Below, in pieces: positions 1 to 14,147 of a stretch of DNA of 64,000 bases (positions are counted from its first letter, which is position 1; each line of letters opens with the position of its first letter). Location of the stretch: contig NC_058368.1 in the NCBI RefSeq assembly GCF_018350175.1, positions 126,296,001 through 126,360,000 of the forward strand, given 5' to 3'. The position numbers and the translations under genes are program-made. Source of the DNA: Felis catus (Eukaryota). The notes beneath the pieces are model-generated. The model was not told the origin of the DNA and did not search any database. It saw nothing but the letters and a program-made list of their open reading frames with translations.

Positions 1-245
1 CCTTGGGAAATAATCCTAGGTGAGGATCAGGCCAGGGAAGAGTAGGCTGCAGAGGAGGTGGGAGAGAAGCAGCAGTGATGTCACCCCTAGTGTCATCTGT
101 CATTTACTGGCACTTTCTATATGCTGGAACATACCGTAGTTAATCTTTTCACATGCATTTTTAACCCTATCATCACAACACTGCTCTGAGGTAGAGGTTA
201 TTATTATCTCCAGAACATAGGCAAAATATAGAGCAAAGGAAGTAA

Positions 246-814
246 TGTGTCTCATCCACGGAGGTGAGCACAGCCCTTTCAGAATTCCACTGCAGAGTAA
301 GCTGTTGGCCCCACCTGTGTATGACTCCCTGTATCCTTGCCCATTACCATGTGACTTTCTAGTCCTTCCCGCAGAAGCAGAGTGTACCTCCCTACCCTTC
401 AACTTTGGGCTGAGCTCTTTGAATTTTATGGTCAAAGGTATGTGGGCAAAAGTGAAAGTGTACCTGTTCCAGCCTAGGACTTAAGAGACATGCCATGCTT
501 CTACTTGCTCTCTTGTGTTTCTGGCATCACTCCCAGCCTGCAAACTTCCTCAGCTTGCATCCTGGAATGATTGTGCAGGGAGTTTACCTGAATTGTGTCT
601 GCAGCCAGCTGGACCAGCAGCTTGAGGTGTGTTCACCTAGCAAACCTAGTCTGGATCAGCAGACCCCCTACTGATTCTCAGACACATGACTAAATCCTAT
701 GAGATCAGCAGAGCCATCCCAGCTGATGAATGAGAAACAAATGCTTACTATAACCCATCAAAGGTGATGGTTGTTCGTTACCCAGCATTATTGTGGGAAA
801 AGCTAACTGATACG
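246..814 (+). mobile_element. MaLR solo LTR (MLT1 family) inserted in a MIR remnant
   Basis: MLT1-type 3' end CAGCATTATTGTGGGAAAAGCTAACTGATAC; MIR-like sequence on both sides (~100-245 and ~815-860). Confidence 0.6.
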
Positions 815-1537
815 GAAATGGGACCAGGCAGTATGATTCTAGAATCCTATGCTCTTTTCAGACCTGAAAGATGGCAGGGGTATCAGAGGAGTGGAGTTTT
901 AAGAAAGAAAGAGTAGCCGTCCTGGCGAAATGCTCCAAGATTAAATAAGATGGTTATAAAATGTGTCATTTCAGAGTATTTTCTCTGCAAATAGGTTTGA
1001 CTGCAGTGTGGCACCTCAGCCAAGCCATAGACCAGCAGCAGGCACAGAAGTTTCACACAAAAACAGTCAGGTGACAGATAAGCAGATGTCTTCAGAAAGT
1101 AAACTCCATTTAGACAACTGGCACATGGGATCCTGTGGCTGCAAGTATCACTGTCATGGCCAAAGACCATGCCTTTGGCTTGGCCATAGATTACAGCTCT
1201 AATGCTTAAACACCTGGCCAAGAAGCCTCAGGGGAGGCAGCTAAATAGCACCAAATGTAGAAATCAGGCAAGAATTAATATGCTGTACATTAATGCTGTT
1301 GCCCAAAAAATCCACCTTTGTTAGAGGACCATCCCTGTTCATCACCTTAGAGAGCAAGGCATAATCAGGTCATTTAGGTCTTATTATTCTATTATTTTGT
1401 ATTAGTCCATCATGTTATTAGAAATAGTAATATAAGGATAGTTTTGAATTTACTGTAATTTAAAAAAAGTTACTAAGTTTATAATTAAGATATTGCCAAA
1501 ATAGATACTTTCCTTTTTATCTAGAGGGAATGTATGC

Positions 1538-1568
1538 ATATTTGATCTTAGCCAAAGGCTGTGAGACC
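1538..1568 (-). pseudogene. 3'-truncated U2 snRNA pseudogene fragment
   Basis: Minus strand TCTCACAGCCTTTGGCTAAGATCAAATAT vs U2 5' end CTTCTCGGCCTTTTGGCTAAGATCAAGTGT. Confidence 0.55.
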
Positions 1569-3288
1569 GGATCATAGTGGAAAAACAAACAGAAAATGTC
1601 AGGACACTTGGGCTGGAGTGTTGGCCAGGTTACCAAAGAACACTGTGGCTTGACCTTAGTCACTAGATTACAGATCTCTCATAAAAGAGAATAAGATAGC
1701 CATAATAGTTGCTTCAAACTTGTGTTACTTATGCAACAGCTTCTCAACTTTGAAATTACCTAAAATTAGTAAATACAACATTGAATTCTTTGGTTAATGA
1801 AACTTGCTAAAATGTTTTACTAAAATGTTTATATGAATTCTTTAAAGATCATGATATAAGAATATTTACAATCCCTGGCAAGATTATACTACAAGGAAGC
1901 TTCCAACTAAAAAGGGCCAAAGAAAATTTTTAAAAATGAAGACTTTCATCAGAATTTGAATTAAGGAACTGTGATAACCCCTTACCACAAAATTTGAGGA
2001 ATCTTGGTTTGATATATTGGATTTACAACAGTATTAAAGACTGATTCACAAATCTTCTTCCCAAGGGAATGGAGCACCATTGCAGAGAGTAAGTAAAGGA
2101 AGCCCTGGAAATGGAAGCCCTGGAAGAATATTCCAGAAAGCCTTATGTCGGAGGACTTGGCTGAGTCCTGGAACACTCTGAAAAATCAGGTGTGGCTATT
2201 AAGAGGAGCCTCTGGTCACCATGGTTGAAGAACAGGCTGAATCTCGAGCAGGGCTTTGAGAGAAAGTGGCAGCTCTACCCAGCAGACCCCTTCAGAGTAG
2301 TATGGAGTTTTCAAAATCCAGCTTCCCGGCTTTAGGAACTGACTCCACCATGAGACAGCACTTTCAGAAATGAAGAGGAATCTCCTAACCTAAAGGGGGA
2401 AAAGCTAGAGGGAATGCTGTCATATTGAAAGATGAGGTTCATTTTACTCAGAGCTGCTGCAGGTAAAGAGCAACCAGAAACAGTTTTTGCTGGAGAGAGA
2501 GCAAGGCCGTTGCTTCCCTGTGCCTGAACTTCCTGTCACTACGGCCAGTTAACCTTGACCTGGGAGGAACACTTTTAAAGCTAGAGGCATCCCTGGTATG
2601 AAATAGAATGCACCCCTTTGGCTAGACGTCTACAGCTTCTTGAAGGAAATGCACAAGGACATAGCCACACTTTGTATCTGGAGTAGAGATTAGGCCAAAT
2701 TGAGAGAGGTAGAAAGCTGGTCCATGGTGCACTGGTACCAACAAAGAAAGAAAACCATACAGAGAAAAAATGCCCTCCTGAGACTCTACACTCCATCCCC
2801 ACTGACTGTCTCTTCTGGCTACTGACACCCAAGTTTTGAAATAGTTACATGATTTGTTTCCCCTTAATTGTCATTCAGGGTTGCAGATTAACTTCTAAAA
2901 GGGATATATAGAAGTTAAGAAAAAAAAAAAAAAAACAGGAAGAAACCCAAGGAGAATTGGCACAGATTCTTTTGGTGTACCTACCTAATAGCCCAGACAG
3001 GCTGGTCCTCATTTAAGAATGGGTAAACAGAATAATTAATAAACACCACCATTGTGATTTGAAGAGCTTCTACAACTTGCAAGGACATGAATGTGGCCTG
3101 GAAGGACCAGGTAAAGAGTATATGTCTAAAGATTTACTCCAGGAAACAGAAGTAATTGTTTACGTAGAAAATGCTTTGATTTTTTCCAAAAATATTAAAG
3201 AAAATATGGTACTGTGAAAAGAAAAAATGATAAAAAAAGTGGGGGGGCTTGAAATAAGGAGATGGCTGATAGAGCTAAGGTAAAGTTT

Positions 3289-3494
3289 AAAAAAAATTTT
3301 TTTAACATTTATTCATTTTTTGAGAGAGAGTGAGAAGGGGAGGGTCAGAGAGAGAGGGAGACACAGAATCCAAAGCAGGCTCCAGGCTCTGAACTGACAA
3401 CACAGAGCTCAACGTGGGGCTCGAACTCATGGACCGTGAGGTCATGACCTGAGCCAAAGTCACACGCTCAACTGACTGAGCTACCCAAGCCCCC
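3289..3494 (-). mobile_element. Can-SINE (feliform SINEC_Fc-like)
   Basis: tRNA-derived head, (CT)n and AATAAA-like tail on minus strand; TSD-like AAGGTAAAGTTT on both sides. Confidence 0.92.
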
Positions 3495-3539
3495 TGACCA
3501 AAGGTAAAGTTTTAAAGAGTAAAGCCACTGCAGAATTAA

Positions 3540-4120
3540 AATAGTGTCAAAAACCACAGTCTATTTGCATAAAATTGAGTTGTTAATAAATACTGTGTGG
3601 AAAACCATCACGTTATAGAGGAAAGAACATAAAGAAATGAGAGTATCAGAGAGAATATGATAGAGATAGAGAACAGACAAAATACAAGATTAAAATAATT
3701 TTTCTAAAAAAGATATTAGAATAAATGGCATGCAAATAATTCTTAAAACTATAGTAGAATCCCACCTCCCAATCTGAAGAAAGAATTGTGTTGAAAGGAC
3801 AGTCCATTATGTCAAAGGGAAAATTAAATAGAGATATCTCATAAAGAACATCAGATACGTCCAATGCCCCAAATAATTCAAACAATAGATGCATATTTAG
3901 AGTTTTGAGAAGCAAAGATTAAGATCTGAAAATCTTATATCCAGTCAAGTTGCACTTCATTTATGTAGCAGCAGAAGGACTTTTCTGTACTCGCAAAGAC
4001 TCTAAAAGATACTTCCAAAATGCAGCCTCAAAGATGAATAAAATTGAAAACTCTCACATGACATAGTTGATGAAGAACTAGTGGTGAGCAAAGAAACTAT
4101 GCACTTTACCTTAAAAAATA
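3540..4120 (+). mobile_element. Ancient degraded LINE fragment (L1 ORF1/HAL1-like)
   Basis: A-rich plus strand with TTATATCCAGTCAAGTTG motif resembling the L1/HAL1 ORF1 3' part; weak. Confidence 0.35.
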
Positions 4121-4128
4121 TAGTTACA

Positions 4129-4329
4129 GAGGCACCTGGGTGACTCAGTCATTTAGGCATCTGACTCTTGATTTTGGCTCAAGTCATGATCTCACGGTTT
4201 GTGAGATTGAGCCACACAAGGGGCTCTGCGGTGACAGCATGGAGCCTACTTGGATTCTCTCTCCCCCTCTCTCAGCACCCCCTCCTGTTAAGTCTCCCTT
4301 GTTCTCTTAAAATAAATAAACTTAAAAAA
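4129..4329 (+). mobile_element. Can-SINE
   Basis: GGCACCTGGGTGACTCAGTC head, CT-rich region, AATAAATAAA tail. Confidence 0.9.
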
Positions 4330-4348
4330 TTTTTTTTTTTAATATACA

Positions 4349-4586
4349 GAAGGGCCTGGGTGGCTCAGTCAGTTAAACATCCAACTCTTGATTTGGGCTC
4401 AGGTCATGATCCCAGGGTCATGGGATTGAGCTCCAAATCATGTTCCACACTGAGTGTGGAGCCTGCTTAAGATATTCTGTTTCTGTCTCTCTCTCTCTCT
4501 CTTTCTGTCTTTCCCCCCTTCTGCCCCTCCCCCACTTAGGCACCTGCTCGCTGGCTCACTAGCTCTCTAAAAAACAAGAAAAGAAA
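4349..4586 (+). mobile_element. Can-SINE (tandem with previous copy)
   Basis: GCCTGGGTGGCTCAGTCAGTTAA head, (CT)n, A-rich tail. Confidence 0.88.
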
Positions 4587-6539
4587 CCACTCACATCCTT
4601 TTTTTTTTTTTTTTTTTTTGTAAACAGGATTAAAATGTAAAACTTAGAACGGTGTAACAATAATGGATTGGAACAAACTAGAGTTTATAAAAGTCAAAAC
4701 TGGGAGGTGAGTATGTGAGGTAGAGACCTGCCTTTAATAGACAGCATTTCATTCCTGCCATTGATAACTTCACTCGTTCAGATGAGTAGATTATGGAAAT
4801 TTTATTTTTCTTTTGTACCTGTGTTTGCTTTCTTTGGTGAGGGTAATAAAATGATTAGTTTTTGAGGTAGTCTTCTAGAATGTGGTTTGTTCTAGACCAG
4901 CAATAAAATTTCAGCCATGAAACTTGAAATCAGCTTCTTGAAAAACATGAATAAAGCATAAAGTATGATTACTCTAAAAAGATGAGCTTTGTTTATCAGT
5001 ACCATTAATTTGCAAGGCATGAAAAACTCAAATATTTTTGAATTTTTCTAATTATTCATGCAACTTACTGGAAGAAGATTAATGTTAATTTAGGCAATAT
5101 AGGAGATAAGAAGAAAAGGATGAACATGGGATGATGGAAGATACAAATTATGTGTATGCCTTTAATAGAAACTAGTCTTTAATCTTACTCAAGGATGTTT
5201 TTCAGAATGTCATATGAAAGCTTCCCATTTTGCTTGGCTAGTGATAGAATTTAGAGAAGGTCACTGTAAAATAGGAGGGATAAGCTGTTGGAATTTCAGG
5301 CTTTTTGTCTTTGGACTGCAACATGTCTGGTTCAGGCAACAGGCACAGGATAGGAAGACACAGCAATTCAGGAAGTGATGTAAACCCCAAACCAGGTGAC
5401 ACTCCGCCATACCTTCCCAAGCACAATTATGCCTGAAACTAAGATTTAATAATTAGCCTTACCATATATGTCCTGGAGCATCTGTTCCATAAAATGGCCG
5501 ATCCTATTGCTTTAGGTATTGACCTTGAGAAACAAACTTTTGCTAACAAGCAACTAGCCAGAGATCAGAAGCAAGAAATATTCACTCTGAGTGACGGGAG
5601 AGGAATAACCAGAGAACACTAAATGTGACACTCTATTCTAACCAAGGACAGTGCTAAAAGCAGAGAAGTGAATTGGGAGGGAAACTGTGACTGTGGAGAA
5701 TCATTTTCAAAATCATAATAGACCTGGATCATTGCAGGAAAATGAAACACGGAGAAGTTAACTTCCCCAAAGGACCCAATAAGTGGTAGCGCTGGGATTT
5801 GAATCCAAGTCTGATTCCAAAGCCTGGCACTTAGCACTATAATCTGCTTCTTGGATTTACTAAAAAAGGCAATTTTTAAAAAAGTCAAGACAGAAATAAT
5901 TCCCATGCTGTGCTATATGTAGATACGTATATGTATATAGAGATTACATTTGACTTAAATGTCCTTCCACCTGTAAATCATATGATTTGGACCATCTTTG
6001 AAATTTCAAAACTGGATGTTTGACATATTTAGTGTTTATTGAGTTATCAAAGCTATGTATTCATCATCAAATAAGGTTTAGATTCAGCACTCATTTCTAT
6101 CAATGCAGACAGCCAAAATGGTCACTTTTGCCCCAAATTGCAAGGAAATTTCTGAGTTCTGTTTTAAGCAACTTTATTGTCTACTACATTAATAAAATAA
6201 CTAAATAACCATGAACTTGCTACTGCATTTTTGTGATGCGCAGACTGCTGGATGTGATCCCCGATTTGCCTCGAAGGGCCTGCCTGGGAGGCACCAAGGA
6301 TGTGAGCAACAAGTCACATCCCTTTTACTTCCATATGTGTACATCTCTATTCATGTTCACTGTCTTCTCTCTTCTTGGCTATAGTGATATCTTCCTAATT
6401 ATTCTTCCTGTAATCACTCTTGCAGTTTCTGTAATTCCTTCTCAATATCATAGAAAGATAGTTTTTATAAAGGAAAACTTGATTGTATGATCTTCATGTT
6501 AATGTATGTTAAAATACTTAAGAAAAAAAAAACTCTTTA

Positions 6540-6830
6540 GCCCCCTCCTCATTGCCTGGCTAACACTTGTTTTCAGATCTCAGTTTTCCTACGGGATACC
6601 TTTCCTATACTCCAGCAGGTAAATTTCTGCCACACGTGCCCATAGCAGGCTACCATCTACATTGATGGCTATTATTACAGTGATTATTCCTTGCTCACTG
6701 CTTGTCTTCCTCACTTGACTGTATACTCCAACAAGGCAAGGGACTCTTTGGTCTTGTTCACTGTTCTGTTTTCGTGCTTATGACCATGCTTGGTGCTCAA
6801 TAAATATTTGCTGATTTGATTGATTGAATT
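6540..6830 (+). mobile_element. L2 3' end remnant
   Basis: GGCAAGGGACTCTTTGGTCTTGTTCACTG...GTGCTCAATAAATATTTGCTGA. Confidence 0.6.
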
Positions 6831-9800
6831 ATAGCCATATTTGCAGTTTATGCTAATTTGAGAATAGGCAGATTAATGTAATCTATTATATTCATTGAAA
6901 GATCAAAGGGGTCATATTTTTTAAGAAGAGTCATCAACATTTATTGTGGGCTAATAAGACATCAGGTAAAATCAACCTTGATTGTTTGAAAAAAGACACC
7001 CTTGATACAAATCAGGTGTGTGAATAAATCCCCACTGAGGAGCTGTTGAAATCCCAAGTTAACTGCACCGTTTTATTCAGGGGATCAGCACACTTTGAGC
7101 AATTTCAGGAAAAACTTACCTGTGCCAATCATTGAATTAAAAGAACTGTTTCCAGAATGTTAAGGCTCTGCATGCTCTCTGACTCCTGCCAGGAATTGAT
7201 CTTTCCAACAGAACTATTTGTTCTGAAGAGAAGCATGGATTCTCTGATAGGTTCTTAGACCAGATTGTGGAAGACAAAACAAACAATCATCCAGGTCATG
7301 GCCCCTACTTTTTCCATTTGTACTGTTGACACACTAGTGTTTCAACTACACGTTTGGTGAATTTATAAATTTATTTGACAAATACCATGCCACAATATCC
7401 TTATAAAACATGTTGTATTGTGAATAAGACATACATGTCTTACATTTTCCTTGATGTGGGTTAGGAACTGGGAAGAAGCATGGAATGGAATTAACTATAT
7501 CCTATCTAACTTGTCATGATAGTGAAGAGAAACACTGATTCAGAGGATGTAACACCATGGAGAGTTTGCCCATCAATTTCGGGGTGGCCCCTTAACCTCT
7601 CTAACCCTTTGGTATGTGGCCCTAGTCCTTGCCCACTGGCCGGTTTGTGTAGTAGAGTGATGAGTGTCACCTGACCTTGTCACAAAGCCCAGAGCCGTTT
7701 CTTCCCTCCAGTTGCAGGCTGGGTGTGGGTTCTGGACAGTCATCCCTTAGTTCAAAACAAATACCTACTGAATAGTTTTTATGTGCTAAGTACTCTCACA
7801 GGTTGTATGTTGATATGATACCCCAAACAATCCTAAACTTTCTGAGTTAGTTATATCTCAGAAACAGGCCCAAGTGGTAAGTCTGAGACCACAGAATGTT
7901 TTAGAGAGAGCCAGGATTGGCACCCAAGCCTTGGGCTCTGTCAAACCGTGACTGCCCTGGATGGTAGGATAGTCTACCCTGGGTGTGGACCTCTGCTGTC
8001 TGACTCTCACAGATTCCTACAGCAGGTGGCATTCTTAGGGGTTGGCTCAGAGCATGGAGAGGATTTATCACAGAGGAGAAGATCAGGGAGCGGGAACCAG
8101 GGCACAAGGGAGGACTTTTATGTGTCTCTTCCTGAAGAAGGGACTAGAACCACCCCTTTCCTCTGGCTCTCCTGGCTTTCCCTGTCTCCTGCTCTGACTG
8201 CAGATTCCTCCTCAAGCATGGCTCAGCGAATTCCTTTCCCTTTCATCAGGTCACCGAAAACAATCTAAAGGTAGCAGGTGGGTGTCTCTCCAATACAGCG
8301 GGGCCCAAGCTCCGACTTAGAACAAGTATGAAAAGGAAAAAATGGCTTTCTTCTCCATAACAGGATTTCTCTCCTATAACTGGACTCGCCCCAAATTCTG
8401 AGAGTCATGGATATAGGGCTTACGAACAGGAATTGAGAGGATTGATCATCAAAATTTCTATGAGCTTATTGCCAGCACGAGGTGTCATTTGTCTTTGTGT
8501 TTCCTGTCAAGCAACATGTAAACTATTGAAAAGTTTTAAACTACATCAGTAAATAAATACTTATGTATGTTCAAGTCGTAGAATTTTATGCCAGAGAAAT
8601 TGTATGGACAGATGTATGAGGAAGAGGACAGAGAACAGATTTGATTTGTTTTGCCCCATTTCCCCTTTTTTCCTTGCAAGGTCCTCCTCTCTCACTCCCT
8701 CTTGGCTCATACTCACTGTTCCCAAAATTAGTGTCACTGTGTGTCTGGCCAAGAGGAAGATCCCAGAATGGCGCTGCTGCTGGGGTGGCAGTCACATTTG
8801 AGAATCCAGCATAGAGGTGAAGATGGAGGGTGAGAGGAGAGTGACTTTTACAGATGTAGAAATTTCAGGGAACAGTAAGAACCTACAGAAAGAAAAGGCA
8901 GACTCTTGTCTTTTGTTCTTTACTTGTTAGAAAATTTGTTTTGCCAAATCTATTTTTCTTAAGCTGTTTGTTTTTCTTTATATGTGGTGTAGTCATAGAA
9001 AATAAACTCCTTACTTGGGGCAAGTAATTAAAACTATTTCTTGGCTCTTTATTTGTGTGCCAGCCAGACTTCTAGAAGTGACCCAGAATTGCCCTGAATG
9101 AAAAGGTAGGAATTACAAGTTGGAGATAAACATCCTGATTCTTATGAGACCACTAACCTGAATCCAACCCAGCATCAACTGTTTTACTAAGTTGTGTTTC
9201 AGTTTTAGGTTCAGATACTGCTCATTTACGGGTCCCTGCACTCAAGTCTTAGAGGAAATCTTTGGAATTTAAGTGATTTTATGTTCCTTTGTTGTCAAAT
9301 GGCAATTTGAAATGTATGCAAACCTTGCTGCCTACTCCTAAAGCTTAAATTGCCTCTAAAGAAAATAAAAAATACAGCAGAATAATTAGTTTTATAAAAC
9401 CTCTTTACATAATCTAGTAGCTTTTTCTTTAGACTCTCAGTGTGACTTAGGTAATCCCATTAGGCTACTTTTGAGGCCTGTTTGCTCAAGCTAAGAGAAC
9501 ATCATAGATTTAAGGGCACTAAACTGAACAACTGCCATGTTCTTGGAAGACTACAGGTCTCTAAACAATGGATGTCAATACATGTCTTTATAGTTTTGTC
9601 TCCATGAAGGTATTCCAGATTGTTTACAAAATCCCCTTCCCCAATTTCTTCATTTAGAATGTGATCCATTCAAACCATCGACTTAATTATCTAGTACTAG
9701 AACTTCTTAGCACTATTTTTTTTCTTTGCATACAGATAGAGGAGACACTTAGTGTTGTAAGTTCTCATGGCTGCCTAAAAGTCTGACTTATATGATGAGC

Positions 9801-12800
9801 ATTGGCCACTGGTAGAGGAGAAAATATATTCTATGAGAGCTGCAGAAACATTTCCACTGTTCTAGGAATAATTCCTGGGAGCAAGCCTTTGACAAGTAGT
9901 CCCCAAATTGGGCATTCTTCTGTGTATATTTCTGCATTTGGTTGTCTGGAGGATCACGTTGTGGATGAGCTCATCTTGCCCACTCAGCCACAAGATGGCA
10001 ACTGGGTCATTGACCCAGGCAGACATGCAGACACCTAAGGACTGCTGGAAACACACTTCTCATACATCTTTTAGACACTAAGAGGAAATACAGCCCATTG
10101 TAGTTATTGTGACTCTAGAGAATAAGGTACAGTCTGCATTTTCTTGTCTAAATGAAATTTAAACATTTACAAATCACAAAACCTTATAAGTTGTAAATAG
10201 ATTGTCACTGCAAAACTGTATCTGAGTAAAGAGACATGTCGAGACATGAAACATTAAAAATGTTACAAATACCTTAGTGCTGAAATATCAGGGGTAAAGG
10301 ATGTGACATGGATACAATTCTATTTTATAAATATATAGGTCTAGAACCGTTAAAAATTTGTTTTATAAAAATAAGTACATACACCTGGCTGAAACTATGC
10401 ACCTTTAGGTGTATAATGGCCACAAGTGTTTCTCATTCTCTACCTGACCCCCCCCCCCAAACAAACAAACAAGCAACAACAAAAAGCCTGTATGGATTTG
10501 TGCTTGAATTTCATCAAAATATTTCTTATCTAACATATATTCATTCTTTAAATTTTTCATTGGTCTGATATAAACCATTAGTTGCCCTTGATGTTCAATA
10601 TCACAAATTCAAAATAGTGTGAATCTAACAAAGGGAAGCTGCTTATATTCATGAAATTTAAGAGTTGGGTTATAAATTTCAAATCTGCAGAACAAGGTAG
10701 TGTATGACTTTTTTATGGCATATATTCTTTTTTGTGTCTTTCATCTAATGACATCTCCAAGATCTCCATTGGCATGAAAGTGTCTGCAGTTACTGTCAGA
10801 TTGCAAACAGTGGCTACCTGGTTTTGGCATAAGAAGGTACAAATGTACTATGATTCACCACATTAGAAAATGCCACATTTTATTTTCCTTTAGTTTTTAA
10901 TGACTTGAAGGAGTTTGAACAATTAATTTGCTGGTGAAAATAAGGCTTCTTCTGTAGTGTTATGTTGACTGAGAACAGACTATCTGCCAACTAGAAATAC
11001 CAAAGCCCCACCCAAGGGTAATCATCACTTTACAGCTTGACACAGTGTTTTACTGGAAAGATGATTATCTACTTCAGGGAACGGCCTTTTAAAAATATGG
11101 ATTCTATATGGTTTCATGAATAGAAGCCTAACCATTTCAACAGCACGTGAGTTAAAATAAGTCAGGTAAGATTATTAAATCAAGTGCACTACCAAAGGCA
11201 GTGGCTAGAATTTGGCAGACAGGGACAGAAGAGAAATGGGCATTTCTAGTTTGGCAAAACATGGCCATTGCGTTCAGGGTAAAAACTTATAATCAGTTTA
11301 TCATGGGGGAAATTGCCATGGAAATAGTTCCCCCAGTCCACACTACAAAACACAAAACCAGGGAGAACAGCTTTTAAAAGCTCTTAGAAATAACACGGTT
11401 CCCTGAGGATGGTTTCTTTTAAAGTCAGGAAGGGGAAACTGGCTAATATCCTCATGGTTTGACTTTGGCAAGCTTAGGAGCCCTACCTAGCCAGGAGGCT
11501 TCAGCTTTGCCTGCCTGTGCAGGCAGTCACTGACTTCAGTGAGGAAATAAGATAATGCCTGCAGCAGGGAAAGAACCAGCTCTTCATTCTTTTCCCCTTC
11601 TTCCTCTGTTTCCACTCCCTTCTCCTTTCTTTGCTGCCAAGAAAATCATGTGCATGAGGCAGCGATAAAGTAACTCAGTGACCAAGGTGAGAGTGGCCAT
11701 TGTGGGTGTGGCTATGTTAGGGAAAAAGAAGTTATACAACACTAGTGTCTTGCAACCTTGCTATTACCCCTTCTGCCAAAATGATTCAGAATAAAGTATC
11801 TGTTTTAATCACTAAATAAGGTGATTGCTGTACCATGCAAAGTTACATCCAAACCCTCCAAGAGGACCCCTTTCAGAATATATCCCAAGAAAAGCAGATT
11901 TGTGAGATGCTGGCATGTAAGTTAGCATCTTTTTAACTCTTCTTCTGACCTTAGTTTAGGTAATGGGAACACTTATCTCAATATCAGAAGTTCTAGTTTT
12001 CATATCCCCTGACCTTTTGACATTCTCTTATATTAATTTTATTGTGCTTGCTTAAGACTTCCTCAGTGTTGACAGTGGCCTGAGTACTCTGCACAGCACC
12101 TCTGTCCTTCCCCAACTGATGTGCTCAGCACATGATGTATTTGTTGAATCACAGTTCGAAGACCTGGCCTTTGCCTTGCCATTATTTGACCTTGGGTACA
12201 TTTGTCTTGTCTCTGTGTGATCAGTCACTTACATAGTGTAAGAGCATTTTCTAGACATTCATCTCCAATTCTGTGATTCCCTGAAAATTAGGTAATATTG
12301 ATTGCTCTCTTTGAAAATTAAATAGTTCTATCAGGCTTCATTATAGAAAAGCCCTACCAGAGCTAATTTGTGAAGTTAAGAGGGATACAAAGGGATTATG
12401 CAGATGGCCTACAGCTCCAAAAGTACTATGTGGTAGAGGCAGGAATTGATACCAGATCTGTTTTGTCATCCAGATCATGTATTTGCACTTAACCAGTATT
12501 CGTGGAATCAAAATTCCTTAACACCAAAGTTTCTAATGGTGGAATGTCAGGTCTGACAGGTATGACTGGAAGAGGTCTTACCTGGAATGCCTGAAGACGT
12601 ATGAAAAGCCAGCTCCTAACTCAGTCTAACTGAAGGGTGCAACCCTGCCTCGCAGTCCTGCTTTACAAGGATATGGTGAAAACTGAAGCTCTTTGGTCTG
12701 GAGTGGAATCTGAATCATTCAAGAAAATGTCTTTGTCAAGAGATGTCTAAGGACTCATCTTGGTGACCAACACTCCTCTGTTTTGCAAATCTTGTTCAAA

Positions 12801-14147
12801 CTAGAAGGTTTGGGAAGAGTTTATTACCATATTTTGTGTTGCCCTTTTGAGTCAGCAAAAATTTTGGAACATTTGGTGCAACCTACTTTAAGCATTGTTT
12901 TAGAGAGACTGCTAACGTGATTACAGTAGTTTCTTTCCATTCTCAAGTATACCTCATGTTACCCCCTGTGTGAAGACCTAAAAACATTCATCCTAATATC
13001 ATTTTTATCGTTATATTTTAAATCCTTTAAAGAATTTCACTGTTTAAGAGAGTCTCTACTGAAAAGCTTTTCCCAAGAAGGTACAGGTTCCCCTAATTTA
13101 TCAATTTTTCTATTTTAAATTTCCATGTGTTGTGACTTGCTTAAAGGGAATTATAAACACTGCGTATACTCCACACCTACACTGGATTTTACTGTGTGGA
13201 TGACTCCAAGATACACAGTTTGTTTGTTTTTTTTTTTGTTTTTTTGTTTTTTAATGTCAAACCAGAAGTATTTCTTCAGCAAATAGTCTATGTGAAAGAA
13301 TTTCTTGGTATTGCCTTTCTCTCCTCTTAAGAAGAAATAGTAGATAGATGGGCAACTATAGACTCTAGTGTAACTACAGAAGCTGCAGAACCAAGAGAGA
13401 TTACTCAGTATAGTATCAGCACAAGGTGGGGAACTAGGGATGGGAATGTGGGGCTGTGGCTAGAAGATGAAAGGTTGGTAAAGGAGGAGGGTTGGATCTT
13501 TGTCACAGGGAATCTGGTGAAGATCAAGGGTGCATCTGGGCTTGAAGGTCAAATGCAAAGCTGAAAAAATGAATTTTTCATTCAAAACCGTAACTTTCCC
13601 CTTTCCTATTCGTGTAATTCCATCAGTGAAATGGTATTCTTTCCTTTGATGAAGGGATGCCCTTCCAACCAGCCAGGCTCATGATCTTTGAGTCATCTTT
13701 GCGTCAGAGATGCGTAGAATTTGAGAGCTGGATGAAGTCTTGAAAGCATACCTAATCCAATCCCTTTACTTCTCAAACAAAAATATGGAGTTGAAAGAGG
13801 TCATGTTTTTTCCAATTCACATTTGTTCACAAGCAACAGAGCCTAATGCTTAGTTTCCTAAAGCACTACTGAGTGTTTGTCTCACTGTTCTACCTGGCTG
13901 TTCCCTTTCCTTCATCTGTTATTTAGCCAGATACCAAATCTCACTAACTCTTCTTTTGGAACTTCTCTTAGGCCTGTTATTTTCTTTTGCCTCCAGTCTA
14001 GTCTAGGCTCTACTTACGATTACTTCCTAAAAATGTTCACTGTCTCTAGTCTCTCTGCTTCAGTCCATTGTACTCATCGTAGCTATTTTAATCTTCCTTA
14101 GACATTAATTTTGTCGTATTTCTCAATAACCCACTTGTTAAAACCTG

